Below, one piece after another: positions 39,146 to 49,500 of a DNA stretch of 64,000 bases. Each line of letters begins with the position of its first letter. Position 1 is the first letter of the stretch. Location: NCBI GenBank assembly GCA_040326155.1, contig JBEQLE010000011.1, forward strand, positions 8,077 through 72,076, written 5' to 3'. Both the position numbers and the translations under genes were made by a program. The notes beneath the pieces are model-generated. The model saw only the letters and a program-made list of their open reading frames with translations, did no database searches and had not been told where the DNA came from. This DNA comes from Leptospirales bacterium (GTDB lineage: Bacteria; Spirochaetota; Leptospiria; Turneriellales; JAOUFE01).

Positions 39146-40237
39146 TTAATAAAAATACTTTTTATATCTATATGCGAAAGTCTGACGCGGCAAACCCAAC
39201 AGAGCAGCGGCGCTTGTCTGGTTCCCATCGGCTTCGGTAATCGCCCACGAAAGAGCTTTTTTCTCTTCGTCGGCGAGTATGTCGTTTAAAGATTTTCCTG
39301 AATAACCGGTTCGGTGTTCGGGCTGGGCAGAGAGTAACACCTGGCTAGAAACCGGTTTTTCTGTCTCTTCTGGTGATGATGAATTTGCCAATAACTTAGA
39401 GGTTGCCTGGTCACGATCTATCCAGAATAGATACCCGATGACGGTTGGACGACTTCCGCGTTCATCCAGAAGAGATCTCATTTTAAGGATTGCCCTCGGA
39501 ACAAAATCGGAAAATTCAAGCGTCGACTGGATGGTTAAATCACCCTCAAAAGCCATGCGGGCCATTTTATCTTTGGCTTTATCCATAAGATCTAAGGTTT
39601 CTAAATGAGGATATTTTACCCTGAAAGAGTCCCAATCGTTATTAAAAAACAGGGTCTTTCCTTTTAAGTCTACGGCAAGCATGGGAAGCGGCAAAGCCTC
39701 TAATGCCAAAAGGCTTAAATTCGGATTTGCATCCAGACTGGTTTGAAAACCTTGAAAGACTTTTTCAACCTGTGGCGAAGGTTCTGACCCCGCTTGAGAT
39801 ATAATGATTTTTGGTTTTGGCGTTTTTGTAATAATCTTTTTGATATCGACTGGTTCTGAAAAAGAGGGTTTTTTACGAGACGGTTCAAACTCGATCAATT
39901 GTTCAGCTTCTTCAAGTTCACCCCACGCATCGATAATTTCCCGACGTCCCAACAGACCCTGGACCTCAAAAAAGAAATCGACAGCAGGTAAAACCCGTAT
40001 ATTATCTTGTAAAACCCCATACTGTTGAAAAAGCTCTAACAAAGATTCCAGGTCAGACAATTCACGCAACGGCGGCGCCTCCGCTAATTGCACACTCTCC
40101 AGATCGCTCATTAAACTTTCGATATCACTCTTAAAAAAAGCCCCTTCAATAGACTTTTTTTCGTTGAATAACAAAATCAGTGAAACTTCATACCTGAAAA
40201 AGGTTCGTAAAAGTTGCTGTAAGGGTTCTTTTTCCAT
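39146..40237 (-). CDS. Regulator with PAS-like region and C-terminal Fis-type HTH, no AAA+ domain
   Basis: GNQTSAAALLGLPRQTF; LEALPLPMLAVD..G..LFFN; ATG 40237 preferred. Confidence 0.75.
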   Translation of the reverse strand: MEKEPLQQLLRTFFRYEVSLILLFNEKKSIEGAFFKSDIESLMSDLESVQLAEAPPLRELSDLESLLELFQQYGVLQDNIRVLPAVDFFFEVQGLLGRREIIDAWGELEEAEQLIEFEPSRKKPSFSEPVDIKKIITKTPKPKIIISQAGSEPSPQVEKVFQGFQTSLDANPNLSLLALEALPLPMLAVDLKGKTLFFNNDWDSFRVKYPHLETLDLMDKAKDKMARMAFEGDLTIQSTLEFSDFVPRAILKMRSLLDERGSRPTVIGYLFWIDRDQATSKLLANSSSPEETEKPVSSQVLLSAQPEHRTGYSGKSLNDILADEEKKALSWAITEADGNQTSAAALLGLPRQTFAYRYKKYFY

Positions 40238-40287
40238 ATCCAGGGTTAGATCTAAACAAAATTGATATGGTGTAAAGACGATTACAA

Positions 40288-40325
40288 TTAGTCGTGGCAC
40301 GCGATTCATCGCGTGCCACGACTAA
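40288..40325. repeat. Perfect palindrome, ACGCGAT core family copy 2
   Basis: TTAGTCGTGGCACGCGAT-TC-ATCGCGTGCCACGACTAA. Confidence 0.85.
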
Positions 40326-40389
40326 AAATTTTATTATATCTATCATTTTTTTTTGTTGACTTTTTCATTTTTTTACCGTTATAAAACTT

Positions 40390-40794
40390 ATGGCATTAGA
40401 ATGGACAACTAAAATCGCCGTTGGGGTAGACCTCATCGACGATCAACACAAAGAACTTTTCGATAGAACGAACAGACTTTTGGAAACCTGTAGAAGCGGG
40501 GGAAGTGAAGATGAGGTGATAAAATCACTCTCTTTTTTAGAAGAGTATGTTGCGCAACATTTAAAAGACGAAGAAGATCTTCAAAGAGACCATAATTACC
40601 CGGATTACAAAGCTCATAAGGAGCAGCACCAAATTTTCTTGCAAAAAGTGGCCGAGATTAAAGCGGACATTGATTCAAGAGGCGCAACCCTGGTAAATGT
40701 GATAAAGACAACAAATCTTTTTGTTTCCTGGTTAAGTAAACACATAAGTCAGGAAGATAAAAAGTTGGGTGAATTTCTGACTGGTAAAGTCTGA
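40390..40794 (+). CDS. Bacteriohemerythrin
   Basis: IDDQHKELF, H..DEE, HKEQH, WLSKHI...D. Confidence 0.95.
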   Translation: MALEWTTKIAVGVDLIDDQHKELFDRTNRLLETCRSGGSEDEVIKSLSFLEEYVAQHLKDEEDLQRDHNYPDYKAHKEQHQIFLQKVAEIKADIDSRGATLVNVIKTTNLFVSWLSKHISQEDKKLGEFLTGKV

Positions 40795-40804
40795 TTTTCT
40801 AATT

Positions 40805-40855
40805 ATAAAAAGTCGGTGTTTCTACTGTTTAAAACAGAGAAAACCGACTTTTTAT
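40805..40855. terminator. Bidirectional intrinsic terminator
   Basis: ATAAAAAGTCGGT...ACCGACTTTTTAT long hairpin with A/T tails. Confidence 0.8.
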
Positions 40856-40918
40856 TTAATACAATAGTATACCAGGTAAAATATTGCCATAGTAGAAATT
40901 TATTGCTATGTTGACTTA

Positions 40919-41443
40919 ATGTCACAAAAAAAATCATTTTCAACAAAAATTGAATCTTTTTTCTTCTCTACCTTCGGCTCCAGTCGGGAACAAAAGATAA
41001 AAGAAGGTGACACTGCTTTAAACTACTCTCTAACCGGCAAAGATGGAGATTTTGAATTCAAACCAGGTGACGGACGATGGAAAATTATCTACTTTTACCC
41101 GAAAGACAACACTCCCGGATGCACAACCCAGGCAAAAACGTTTACCGCCTTGAAAGATCAATTTGAAAAGTTGCATACCGATATACTGGGTATCAGCAAC
41201 GATACGGCGCAAAGCCACACCAGCTTTCAAAAAAAACATTCTTTAAAGATTAACCTGTATAGCGATCCTTCGAGCAAGATCGCCGACGATTTTGGCATAA
41301 AAACATTAAAAGGGATGTGTGCCCGAGACACTGTTGTAATTAACCCCTCTGGTACGATAGAAAAAATTTATAGAGGTGTCGACCCTCGGGCGGGCGGTTT
41401 AGCTCTTTTAGAATATATCGAAAATCAAAATAAGACATTTTAG
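40919..41443 (+). CDS. bcp: Peroxiredoxin BCP/PrxQ
   Basis: YFYPKDNTPGCT. Confidence 0.9.
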   Translation: MSQKKSFSTKIESFFFSTFGSSREQKIKEGDTALNYSLTGKDGDFEFKPGDGRWKIIYFYPKDNTPGCTTQAKTFTALKDQFEKLHTDILGISNDTAQSHTSFQKKHSLKINLYSDPSSKIADDFGIKTLKGMCARDTVVINPSGTIEKIYRGVDPRAGGLALLEYIENQNKTF

Positions 41444-41500
41444 CCAAATATAATAGTCGACAATACAAGTCATATTAAGCGATAAACAGCGGAAAACCGC

Positions 41501-42193
41501 TTGATGGCTAAAAAAATGAAATCAAATATAAAGAAGGACAAGTTGAACAAGGGTTTACCTTCGAGAAAACAGTCTATAGCCGAAGAGATGGCAAATGTTT
41601 TAACCCATTTTTTGGGCGGACTAATGGCCATTGCCGGTTTTGTTTTATTGCTTGTTTTTTCAAACAGACCTGATAATTTCTATCAATATCTATCCATATC
41701 GATTTACGGCGGGAGCCTGATTATGGTATACACATCATCAACACTTTACCATGCAATAGTCTCCGGCCCTTTAAAAACTCTTTTTCGGGCAATAGACCAA
41801 AGTGCAGTACTTTTATTAATTGCCGGAACCTATACCCCGGTTATCGCCGTCTATTTTCATGGCGCATGGTCTGTCTCCATGTTAACCTTTATCTGGAGTG
41901 TCACAGCCATAGGAATAGCATTGCGCTTCTTAACACCACAGCTTTTTTCACGGGTGGCAGTCGTTTTATACCTGATTATGGGGTGGTCGATTGTATTTGC
42001 GTATAATCATGCCGTTGAAAATTTACCGGAAGGTTTGTTTCTTTGGATAGGCGCCGGAGGAGTTGCTTATACCGCCGGTCTAATTTTCTATGTATGGAAA
42101 TCACTTCCTTTTCAACACACATTTTGGCATCTTTTCGTTATTGTCGGCTCAGCAATACATTATATTGGACTTTTTATAAACCTTACGGGTTAA
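41501..42193 (+). CDS. Hemolysin III / PAQR family membrane protein (start uncertain)
   Basis: EEMANVLTH, SSTLYH, LIAGTYTP, HTFWHLFV. Confidence 0.92.
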   Translation: MMAKKMKSNIKKDKLNKGLPSRKQSIAEEMANVLTHFLGGLMAIAGFVLLLVFSNRPDNFYQYLSISIYGGSLIMVYTSSTLYHAIVSGPLKTLFRAIDQSAVLLLIAGTYTPVIAVYFHGAWSVSMLTFIWSVTAIGIALRFLTPQLFSRVAVVLYLIMGWSIVFAYNHAVENLPEGLFLWIGAGGVAYTAGLIFYVWKSLPFQHTFWHLFVIVGSAIHYIGLFINLTG

Positions 42194-42642
42194 ATGGAAC
42201 ACTCTGTTCGAAACTCAGTCAGTTTATTGGACACTAGAAGCCTTTGTTTCGGGTTCAGACTGGCTATAAATTCTTCCATTTTTTTGAGCGCTTTCAATGT
42301 TCTTTCCTGAAGAAACTTATCGTCTTCAACGGTCTTGCTGTATAGTAATTGTGTATCCAGCTTACCAGAAATTATATCTTTTGCCGAGATATCCATCATT
42401 TCATGCCGAGATTGGTTTATGTGTACAGCCCCCTCGTCTAAAATTTCATCAAGTTCATTTAACAGTCGAACCTGTACGGAGCCAAAACTCATTCTCTCTT
42501 CGACCAGTGGAATCAACTGCTTGGGACTGAAACGAAATATTGTATAAGCACACTCTTCCTGGGATTTTCCTTGCTTTAAAAGCAAAAACCCAAAAATCAG
42601 AGCCCCGCCTACCAATACCACGCCAAAAATATTTTTATACAT
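42190..42642 (-). CDS. Membrane-anchored helical protein (Spy/CpxP-like end)
   Basis: N-terminal TM; ASLNPKQR motif. Confidence 0.55.
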   Translation of the reverse strand: MYKNIFGVVLVGGALIFGFLLLKQGKSQEECAYTIFRFSPKQLIPLVEERMSFGSVQVRLLNELDEILDEGAVHINQSRHEMMDISAKDIISGKLDTQLLYSKTVEDDKFLQERTLKALKKMEEFIASLNPKQRLLVSNKLTEFRTECSI

Positions 42643-42821
42643 AATGCCCCCATTCAAGTAACAATTTTTCAAGGTGTCTGGGATGACAACAATTTTTAAA
42701 TCTATTCATAAATCATATGGATATTATTGGAATATTTCTTGCAAAATAAAAATAAATTACCATTGAATCAAAAAAATACTGTTCATGCCTTACCACTTTA
42801 CTATATTTGAATTGACTGAAT

Positions 42822-43646
42822 ATGAAACAAATCTCTTCACATAGACTGGCTCAAATATCTAAACTGTTACCACTGCTGGGTTTAATCTTTGGAATTATCT
42901 TCTGGATAGTGGATGCGGTATTACACCATTATGTATTCCATATAGAGGACAGTGTAATTGGAGCGATGCTCTCCAAAAACCTTGAAGAGATCTGGATGCG
43001 GTCCTTTATCGTTGTATTGTTTATCGGCCTTGGTTTCATGGGTTCACTTTTATATTCCAGGGTTGCCAAAGCCAAAAACACTATTGAAAAAACAAATATA
43101 TTAATGCAAAAAGAGATTCAAGCCAGACAAAAACTCGAAGACGATTTACGTAAACAGGCTACGACAGACTTCTTGACAGGTCTGTTTTCACGGCGTTATT
43201 TTTTTGAACAGTTGGATAAAGAGATGGAACGCAGTTTACGTTCAAAAAGTTCTTTTTCCATACTGTTATGTGATATTGATGATTTTAAAAGTATCAATGA
43301 CTCCTTTGGTCACGCCGTTGGAGATCGTGTATTAAAAACTTTTGCTTCCAGTGTTTCTGGCGTTATTCGAAAAGTGGATGTTTTTGCCCGGTATGGAGGT
43401 GAAGAGTTTATTGTTCTTGCGCCCGACACAGCTTTGAAATCTGCCGCTAAATTAGCAGAAAAGATAAGAAAAGAGACAGAAACTTTACTTAAATTCAATA
43501 AATTCCAGGTAACAGTCAGTATAGGGGTCAGCCAATTCCACCGAAACGATATACCCGATGAATTGATTCAACGGGCCGACCTGGGGCTATATGACGCCAA
43601 AAAGAAAGGTAAAAACCAGGTTGCTGTGAAAAAGATACAAAAATAG
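42822..43646 (+). CDS. Membrane diguanylate cyclase
   Basis: 2 TM; TDFLTGL, RKVD, ARYGGEEF. Confidence 0.93.
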   Translation: MKQISSHRLAQISKLLPLLGLIFGIIFWIVDAVLHHYVFHIEDSVIGAMLSKNLEEIWMRSFIVVLFIGLGFMGSLLYSRVAKAKNTIEKTNILMQKEIQARQKLEDDLRKQATTDFLTGLFSRRYFFEQLDKEMERSLRSKSSFSILLCDIDDFKSINDSFGHAVGDRVLKTFASSVSGVIRKVDVFARYGGEEFIVLAPDTALKSAAKLAEKIRKETETLLKFNKFQVTVSIGVSQFHRNDIPDELIQRADLGLYDAKKKGKNQVAVKKIQK

Positions 43647-43664
43647 ATAACGTAACAATTCGCC

Positions 43665-44927
43665 TTATTGTTTTAAATACCTCTTGTCTTTTCCAATTAA
43701 ACTCATTTTGGTTGGCAATATCAGATCCATAACCGGAGCAAGCCGATCTTTTAATAATAGGTTCCAGTAATACCATCGAAAAAAAAGTTTTCCCCAATGA
43801 TTGGCCCGCGTCTCTTTCAGCAAAGCAAAAGGTCCAATTCCTGGAATTGGTAAATGCCCAGGCGTTGGTTCTTGCTTATAATTAAAATCGATCAAGTGGG
43901 CTTTTTTATAGCCCGACTCTACATAACAAAGAGAGTGTCCGTCAAATGTTTCAATCGGTTCCTTACCTTGAATTTCACGCATTAAATTAGCCTCCACAAT
44001 GGAAGCTTCAAAATGAGCGACGCTACCGGCTTTAGAAGTTGCAACACTTGTAATATCACCCAAAGCATAAATATTGGGGTATTTCGCATGTTTTAATGTA
44101 CCCTGGTCGGTAACTACATACCCGGCGCCATTACCCAGACCCGAATCGTCAATAAAGCTTTGCCCAAGGTTTGGCGGTATTGCCACCAGTAAATCGTAAT
44201 CCATCTCTTCTTTTGTCCAGGAGGTAATTTTCTTTTTTTGGTGATCAACAGAGGCGATCTGGAAATCGGGTTTCATTTTTATCCCTTTGCGTTCAAACAT
44301 TTCAGTGAAAATTTTACCCGCAATTGGCTTTGTAAATACCCCTGACATGTTTGTTACAACTTCAATCTCCACTTGATCTCGAATTCCTTTTAATCGAAAA
44401 TAGTAATCGGCAAGTGAAGCAAATTCGATGGGAGCCACGGGACACTTAATGGGGTTTTCCGCAATATCGATAACAAGCTTTCCTTTCTCGAAACCGGCTA
44501 TCGCTTTTTGCAAGTCCAGGGCCGATTTCATGGTATAAAAATAATAAACGTTTTTATTGTATCCTTCAGACATCCCCTCTATTTCATCTGGGTAAATATC
44601 ACACCCCAGCGATATAACTAGATAGTCATAATCAAAACTCCCCGCTTTGGTTTTTACTTTTCGCTTTTCCGGGTCAATAGCCTGAACTTCACTCTTGACG
44701 AAATTTACACCGGTCGGAATAAACTCTTCAATAGGTCTTGCATTTCCTTTCTCGCCATTATATCCAAACAACTGAAATGGTATAAAAATTAAACCCGGCT
44801 GATAATAGTGAACTGACTTCTTATCTATAATCGTAATGTCCCACTCTTTAGCAGGTAGCCTGCGGCGCATCTTTGTTGCCATAACAGTGCCGGCTGTACC
44901 GGCGCCAAGAATTACTAATTTTTTCAT
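43665..44927 (-). CDS. sqr: Sulfide:quinone oxidoreductase family flavoprotein
   Basis: GAGTAG, HYYQPG, IKCPVAP, SKAGSVAH, second Cys in SLCYVE. Confidence 0.85.
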   Translation of the reverse strand: MKKLVILGAGTAGTVMATKMRRRLPAKEWDITIIDKKSVHYYQPGLIFIPFQLFGYNGEKGNARPIEEFIPTGVNFVKSEVQAIDPEKRKVKTKAGSFDYDYLVISLGCDIYPDEIEGMSEGYNKNVYYFYTMKSALDLQKAIAGFEKGKLVIDIAENPIKCPVAPIEFASLADYYFRLKGIRDQVEIEVVTNMSGVFTKPIAGKIFTEMFERKGIKMKPDFQIASVDHQKKKITSWTKEEMDYDLLVAIPPNLGQSFIDDSGLGNGAGYVVTDQGTLKHAKYPNIYALGDITSVATSKAGSVAHFEASIVEANLMREIQGKEPIETFDGHSLCYVESGYKKAHLIDFNYKQEPTPGHLPIPGIGPFALLKETRANHWGKLFFRWYYWNLLLKDRLAPVMDLILPTKMSLIGKDKRYLKQ

Positions 44928-45020
44928 GGTCCCCTTCCTTTCTTTCTTTAATATACATTACTTTATAGGAATATACTAATAAACTAGTAATTATGAAAGA
45001 AAATCGTATGAGTCGGAGGT

Positions 45021-47039
45021 TTAGTACGGATGGGTTTTTCCACCAAAGCTTTTATCTTCGGTCAGGGATGTATTGTATTTATGCAAAACTGTCGGTTGGT
45101 AATCGCGCATTGCTTCAATGGCCATTCTTTGTTCAGGATAACTCTCACATGCCAGAGGTTTAAATTCGCCAGGATCATTCTTTAAGTTAAAAACTTCGCA
45201 GGTATTTTTCTGGTAATTGACTATCATTTTAATTTGTCGAGCGTCAATGGAGGCAATGGAATCTTCTATTCCCATAGCAAATACATACTTTCGTCTCATC
45301 CTGTTTTGAAACATCGATTCCCCTTGAATTAATTCATCGTTGTAATCAATTCGCGCGGCGTCTAAAACTGTGGGTAAAACATCAACATGTGAAGTCGGGT
45401 AATTAATTTTTCTTGGTCGAAAAAGATCGGGTTGGTAAAAAATAACCGGAACATGTAAATTTTCATTATAAACCGCCAGCGAATGAATCCAGTTACCTTC
45501 GTGTTGCCCGAAAGCCTCAGAGTGGTCGCCCACCAAAACCAAAATAGTGTTTTTCAATTTTCCAGACTCTTCGAGTTGTTTGTAAATTCTTTCTACAATT
45601 GTATCGAGCATACGCAGGTTATTATAATATCTGTGAATTCTTTTTTTACTGTCAGCCAAAATTTCATACTTCTTTCCATAATCTCGATAGGGATAATGGG
45701 GAACATAGCTGTAATAAGTGGCGAAAAAAGGTTCTCTGGTTTTTTCAAGCTTTTCAAGAAAAAAATCGATAGCATCATTTTCATTTCTTCCATCAGAAAA
45801 GGGAGCCACACCCGGTTTTTCCGGTATATTTTCAAACCCGTAAAGATCTTTTAACCCGGAGTTTCTTAAAAAATGTCGGGGAAAATAATACTTTATGTAA
45901 AAAGGGGTCACAAGATACTTATCATATTGTTCATTTAAAAATGTAGCAAGCGATGGTATCTGATTATTTTTTTTCAGTGAAAAAAAGTCAAGGGCAAGGT
46001 CAGGGTACATTCCACTAAAAATTGAAAATATAGACCTGGGGCTTGAATTAGAAACCGCTGTATGTTTTTGCAAAAACAAAGATTGCTCAGAAAGTTTTTT
46101 TACAAAAGGCATGGGCGGTTCATTACCCATAGATGTATCAAATATATATTCAAAACCGGTGCTTTCGAGAATAATAAATACAAAATTCCATTTCTTTTTG
46201 CCGCCCGGAACAAGTTTACCCGGAGTCACACCCTCATGTACAAAATGAGAATCTATCAATTTAATAGATTCATACTGTGCAGGCATGACCTTTTTGTGCA
46301 ATGCTTTAGATGCCATTAACCCGGAATCTTGAATTTGAACCCTGAGCTTCTGATAGAGCGTGAAGCCGGAATCGACCATAAAGAAAATCCATGGATTTCT
46401 ACGGACATCTTCCGGTAAAGTTTTTTGAGGTGTATAACCAAGACCGACCACCGAGTTTAAAAAAGCGAAAGCAATGACACCCAGAATAATTTTTTTCTTC
46501 CATTGCGATGTAGATTTCGTAAACTTTCGTAAACCAAGATACAATAGTAACGGAACAAAAACTAAAGACCAGTCACCAATACTGATGCCGGCAAAAAAAT
46601 GGTCGAAAGGGTATAGAATCAACACTTCTAAAACAAACTCAAGCCGCAAACCAGCTTGAAAAATATTAAGCATAGCAAAATGCGATCCATATGCAAAAGG
46701 TATCAATACCAGTAAAATAAACGCATTCACTTGAAATATACGAGTCGTTAAACTATTTTCTTTTCGCGCTGCCCTTAGCTCGGCAAATCTGAAAATAATA
46801 AAGAACCCGACCAGAAAAATAATATCAGAAAAAAGATCTATCCCTGACCAGGTACCAAGCGCAATGTTGTCTTCGGCAACGCCATAGCCGGTGACATTAT
46901 GAAACAGGTAAAATATAAGCCTCACACGATAAACGAAAGTCACGACAAGTAATACAAAAAGAAGATCGACGGTAACCGGACACTGGTCCAACTTTAAGCG
47001 CGACCAAACCTTCTTTATCAATTTCTTGTACTTTTCCAT
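45021..47039 (-). CDS. LTA-synthase/sulfatase family membrane protein
   Basis: 5 TM; IILES, PHYPY, VGDHSE, SHVDVLPT. Confidence 0.88.
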   Translation of the reverse strand: MEKYKKLIKKVWSRLKLDQCPVTVDLLFVLLVVTFVYRVRLIFYLFHNVTGYGVAEDNIALGTWSGIDLFSDIIFLVGFFIIFRFAELRAARKENSLTTRIFQVNAFILLVLIPFAYGSHFAMLNIFQAGLRLEFVLEVLILYPFDHFFAGISIGDWSLVFVPLLLYLGLRKFTKSTSQWKKKIILGVIAFAFLNSVVGLGYTPQKTLPEDVRRNPWIFFMVDSGFTLYQKLRVQIQDSGLMASKALHKKVMPAQYESIKLIDSHFVHEGVTPGKLVPGGKKKWNFVFIILESTGFEYIFDTSMGNEPPMPFVKKLSEQSLFLQKHTAVSNSSPRSIFSIFSGMYPDLALDFFSLKKNNQIPSLATFLNEQYDKYLVTPFYIKYYFPRHFLRNSGLKDLYGFENIPEKPGVAPFSDGRNENDAIDFFLEKLEKTREPFFATYYSYVPHYPYRDYGKKYEILADSKKRIHRYYNNLRMLDTIVERIYKQLEESGKLKNTILVLVGDHSEAFGQHEGNWIHSLAVYNENLHVPVIFYQPDLFRPRKINYPTSHVDVLPTVLDAARIDYNDELIQGESMFQNRMRRKYVFAMGIEDSIASIDARQIKMIVNYQKNTCEVFNLKNDPGEFKPLACESYPEQRMAIEAMRDYQPTVLHKYNTSLTEDKSFGGKTHPY

Positions 47040-47176
47040 ACCGAATTTTGTAAAATCATGTGACGAGACCTCTTGTCAATCGTGAAAAGGTCGTATTAAA
47101 TTGCAAACAGAGCAGAAAGCGCAAAAACTTTCTATTTTTTCTAGAATACTTTTTATTTTCAAAAATGAAAAATAAA

Positions 47177-47238
47177 TTGACATTGTACATATTAATAGTA
47201 AAAATGCATTCTAATGTCACTTTGTATTGAGTGACATT
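47177..47238 (+). promoter_or_regulatory. Probable promoter (-35 TTGACA) and palindromic operator
   Basis: TTGACA 47177; AATGTCACT-N8-AGTGACATT 47213-47238 just before RBS GGAGG. Confidence 0.6.
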
Positions 47239-47249
47239 CGGAGGAATTT

Positions 47250-48137
47250 ATGGTAAATGCATTTCGTGTGAGCAAAGTCTTCTGGCATCTGGTAAGACAT
47301 TGGAATAAAGAACTCAAAGTTCTACAGCTTGATGTTACTTCAGATTGTAATTTACGTTGCAAAACATGTTATTTCTTTAAAGACGACGGAAAACATCATC
47401 AAGCGGACGACATGAGCAATGATGAAATTAAAAAACTGTTTGTTCAGTACAGAAAGAAAAAAGTTGATTCTGTGTGGTTATACGGAGGAGAACCAACATT
47501 AAGAATGGATATTATCGAAATGGCCCATCGTTATTTTCCATTGGTCACAATTATATCGAATGGAATTATAAAAGTTCCCGAAACATTCAATAATAGCAGC
47601 ATCCATATATCACTAGATGGCCTGAATGAGGACAATGATATTATTCGAGGACCGGGTTCTTTTCAAAAAATTATTGATAATTACACTGGAGACAGCAGGG
47701 TTATTTTCAATGTCACTGTCACGAAAAAGAACTATTTCAAGCTGGATGAAATAATCAAGTATGCGAAATCTTTAAAAATAAGGGGCATCGAATTTCAACT
47801 CTATTCAAAGTCCCGAATTTATTCCAAACTCGATCACGAATTAATTCTGGATAAAAGTGACCTGCAAAAACTTACTGAGATGTTATCAAAATATCATTTA
47901 GATACGTTTGTCTATGCAACGAAAGAGTTGTTAAACTCCTGGCAAAATACTACTTTTACCAAAGATTGCGGTTTAAATAAGTTAATGAACGCTTATGCAT
48001 CTGATGGTAATAGAAAATACTGCTGCACACCTGGCATAGCCTGCGAGGACTGTAAAATTTTTCCACCTCATCTGGTGGAAATTTTCAATAACAACTTCAG
48101 TTTTATAACGGCATATAAATTTCTGCGTTGGCTATAA
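47250..48137 (+). CDS. Radical SAM protein with Cys-rich C-terminal auxiliary domain
   Basis: CNLRCKTC, GGEP, SLDG; C-terminal C...CC.....C..C. Confidence 0.88.
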   Translation: MVNAFRVSKVFWHLVRHWNKELKVLQLDVTSDCNLRCKTCYFFKDDGKHHQADDMSNDEIKKLFVQYRKKKVDSVWLYGGEPTLRMDIIEMAHRYFPLVTIISNGIIKVPETFNNSSIHISLDGLNEDNDIIRGPGSFQKIIDNYTGDSRVIFNVTVTKKNYFKLDEIIKYAKSLKIRGIEFQLYSKSRIYSKLDHELILDKSDLQKLTEMLSKYHLDTFVYATKELLNSWQNTTFTKDCGLNKLMNAYASDGNRKYCCTPGIACEDCKIFPPHLVEIFNNNFSFITAYKFLRWL

Positions 48138-48390
48138 TAAACCGACACTTGAAGTCTCGATTTTTCCCGTACAGAAGTTGTATTAGAAAGACAACCAAAA
48201 GCTTAACTTTCTACTTTAGCGAAAGAGATGTCCGAACGGCAAAACAATTTTTTTACTATTTATAGATTTCTCATCACGAATAATAAAAAATATTTGACTT
48301 CAAGGCGTCATTTTTTTTAATATAACAGATACACTGATCCAAAGGCGTTTACGGCATCAGTTTGTCTACCCGCTCAATTTGCATATAGAT

Positions 48391-49497
48391 ATGAATTACA
48401 ATGGTATATTATATTTTATAAGTTTTTTACTTATATTGAACAGTACGTTTTATGTCTGGCGTTTTAAAGACCCCAAACGCCTGTTGCTGGGTTGTGCACT
48501 TTTTTTGTATGGAGTTCAATCTGCATATGACGGTTTATTCTTATCTCATGATTTTTTAACTATCCCGTGGGCATTTGGAACTTTCGTAGTATGGGGCGCT
48601 TTCTTAAATGTTCTTTTATTTCTGTATGTAAAATTTTTATTAGATAAATCATTTTACTGGAAAAAAATATATTGGCTATTATTTATATACCCAGTGACCC
48701 AGATTATATTGTTTATTCCACATGCTCTTTTGCCCGATACTGAGCAAGTAAAAATCGTGCAACATGCCATAGATATGAACAGTCTGGCCTATTTTCCAGG
48801 TAAATTAAGCGACTATCTTCACTCTGCTTCACTAGCCGGGCTTTATCTTTTCGCTTTCTACTTCATACTGACACGGTTTAAATTCAGCAGGGTAGAGAAA
48901 AAAAACCGCCGCAGAGTTATTGGAGCCGTTTCGGTTGTTATTGCGTGGGTGTTTTTTTCACTCATCCTCGATGCAGAATATATGTACACCCACTTTTTTA
49001 ATATGGAACAAGGCCCGTGGTCATCGATTATGATACATACACTTGACCTTCTTTTTTTAACTTTTTTACAATTCTGGCCCTACTATTACAAAGCAGGGGT
49101 TATTTATTTTGACTTAAAAACCTTTGGAATCGATCAATACATACGAAGTTATTTAGACGGAACTGATATTGTTACCCTCGAAAAAAAATTCAACAAATTG
49201 GTTAATATAGAAAAAGTGTATAAAGATGAAAACATCAGCCTGCCAAATTTTGCTGAGCAGTTAAATGTATCTATCCATCAAGTTTCAGAGTACTTAAACC
49301 GACATCTAAATGTAAAATTTCACGATTTAATTCAAAACAAGCGCATAGAAGAGTCCAAAAACCTTCTGGATAACAACCCTGATATGAGCATCATTGAAAT
49401 TTGCTTCGAAGTGGGTTTTAACTCTTTGCCGGTATTTTACAAAGCGTTTAAAAAAATAACTCAAATGACGCCGAAAGCATGGCGAGAACGCAACTGA
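48391..49497 (+). CDS. Membrane-anchored AraC family regulator
   Basis: ~7 TM; C-terminal EVGFNSLPVFYKAFKK HTH; ATG 48391 preferred. Confidence 0.88.
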   Translation: MNYNGILYFISFLLILNSTFYVWRFKDPKRLLLGCALFLYGVQSAYDGLFLSHDFLTIPWAFGTFVVWGAFLNVLLFLYVKFLLDKSFYWKKIYWLLFIYPVTQIILFIPHALLPDTEQVKIVQHAIDMNSLAYFPGKLSDYLHSASLAGLYLFAFYFILTRFKFSRVEKKNRRRVIGAVSVVIAWVFFSLILDAEYMYTHFFNMEQGPWSSIMIHTLDLLFLTFLQFWPYYYKAGVIYFDLKTFGIDQYIRSYLDGTDIVTLEKKFNKLVNIEKVYKDENISLPNFAEQLNVSIHQVSEYLNRHLNVKFHDLIQNKRIEESKNLLDNNPDMSIIEICFEVGFNSLPVFYKAFKKITQMTPKAWRERN

Positions 49498-49500
49498 CAA

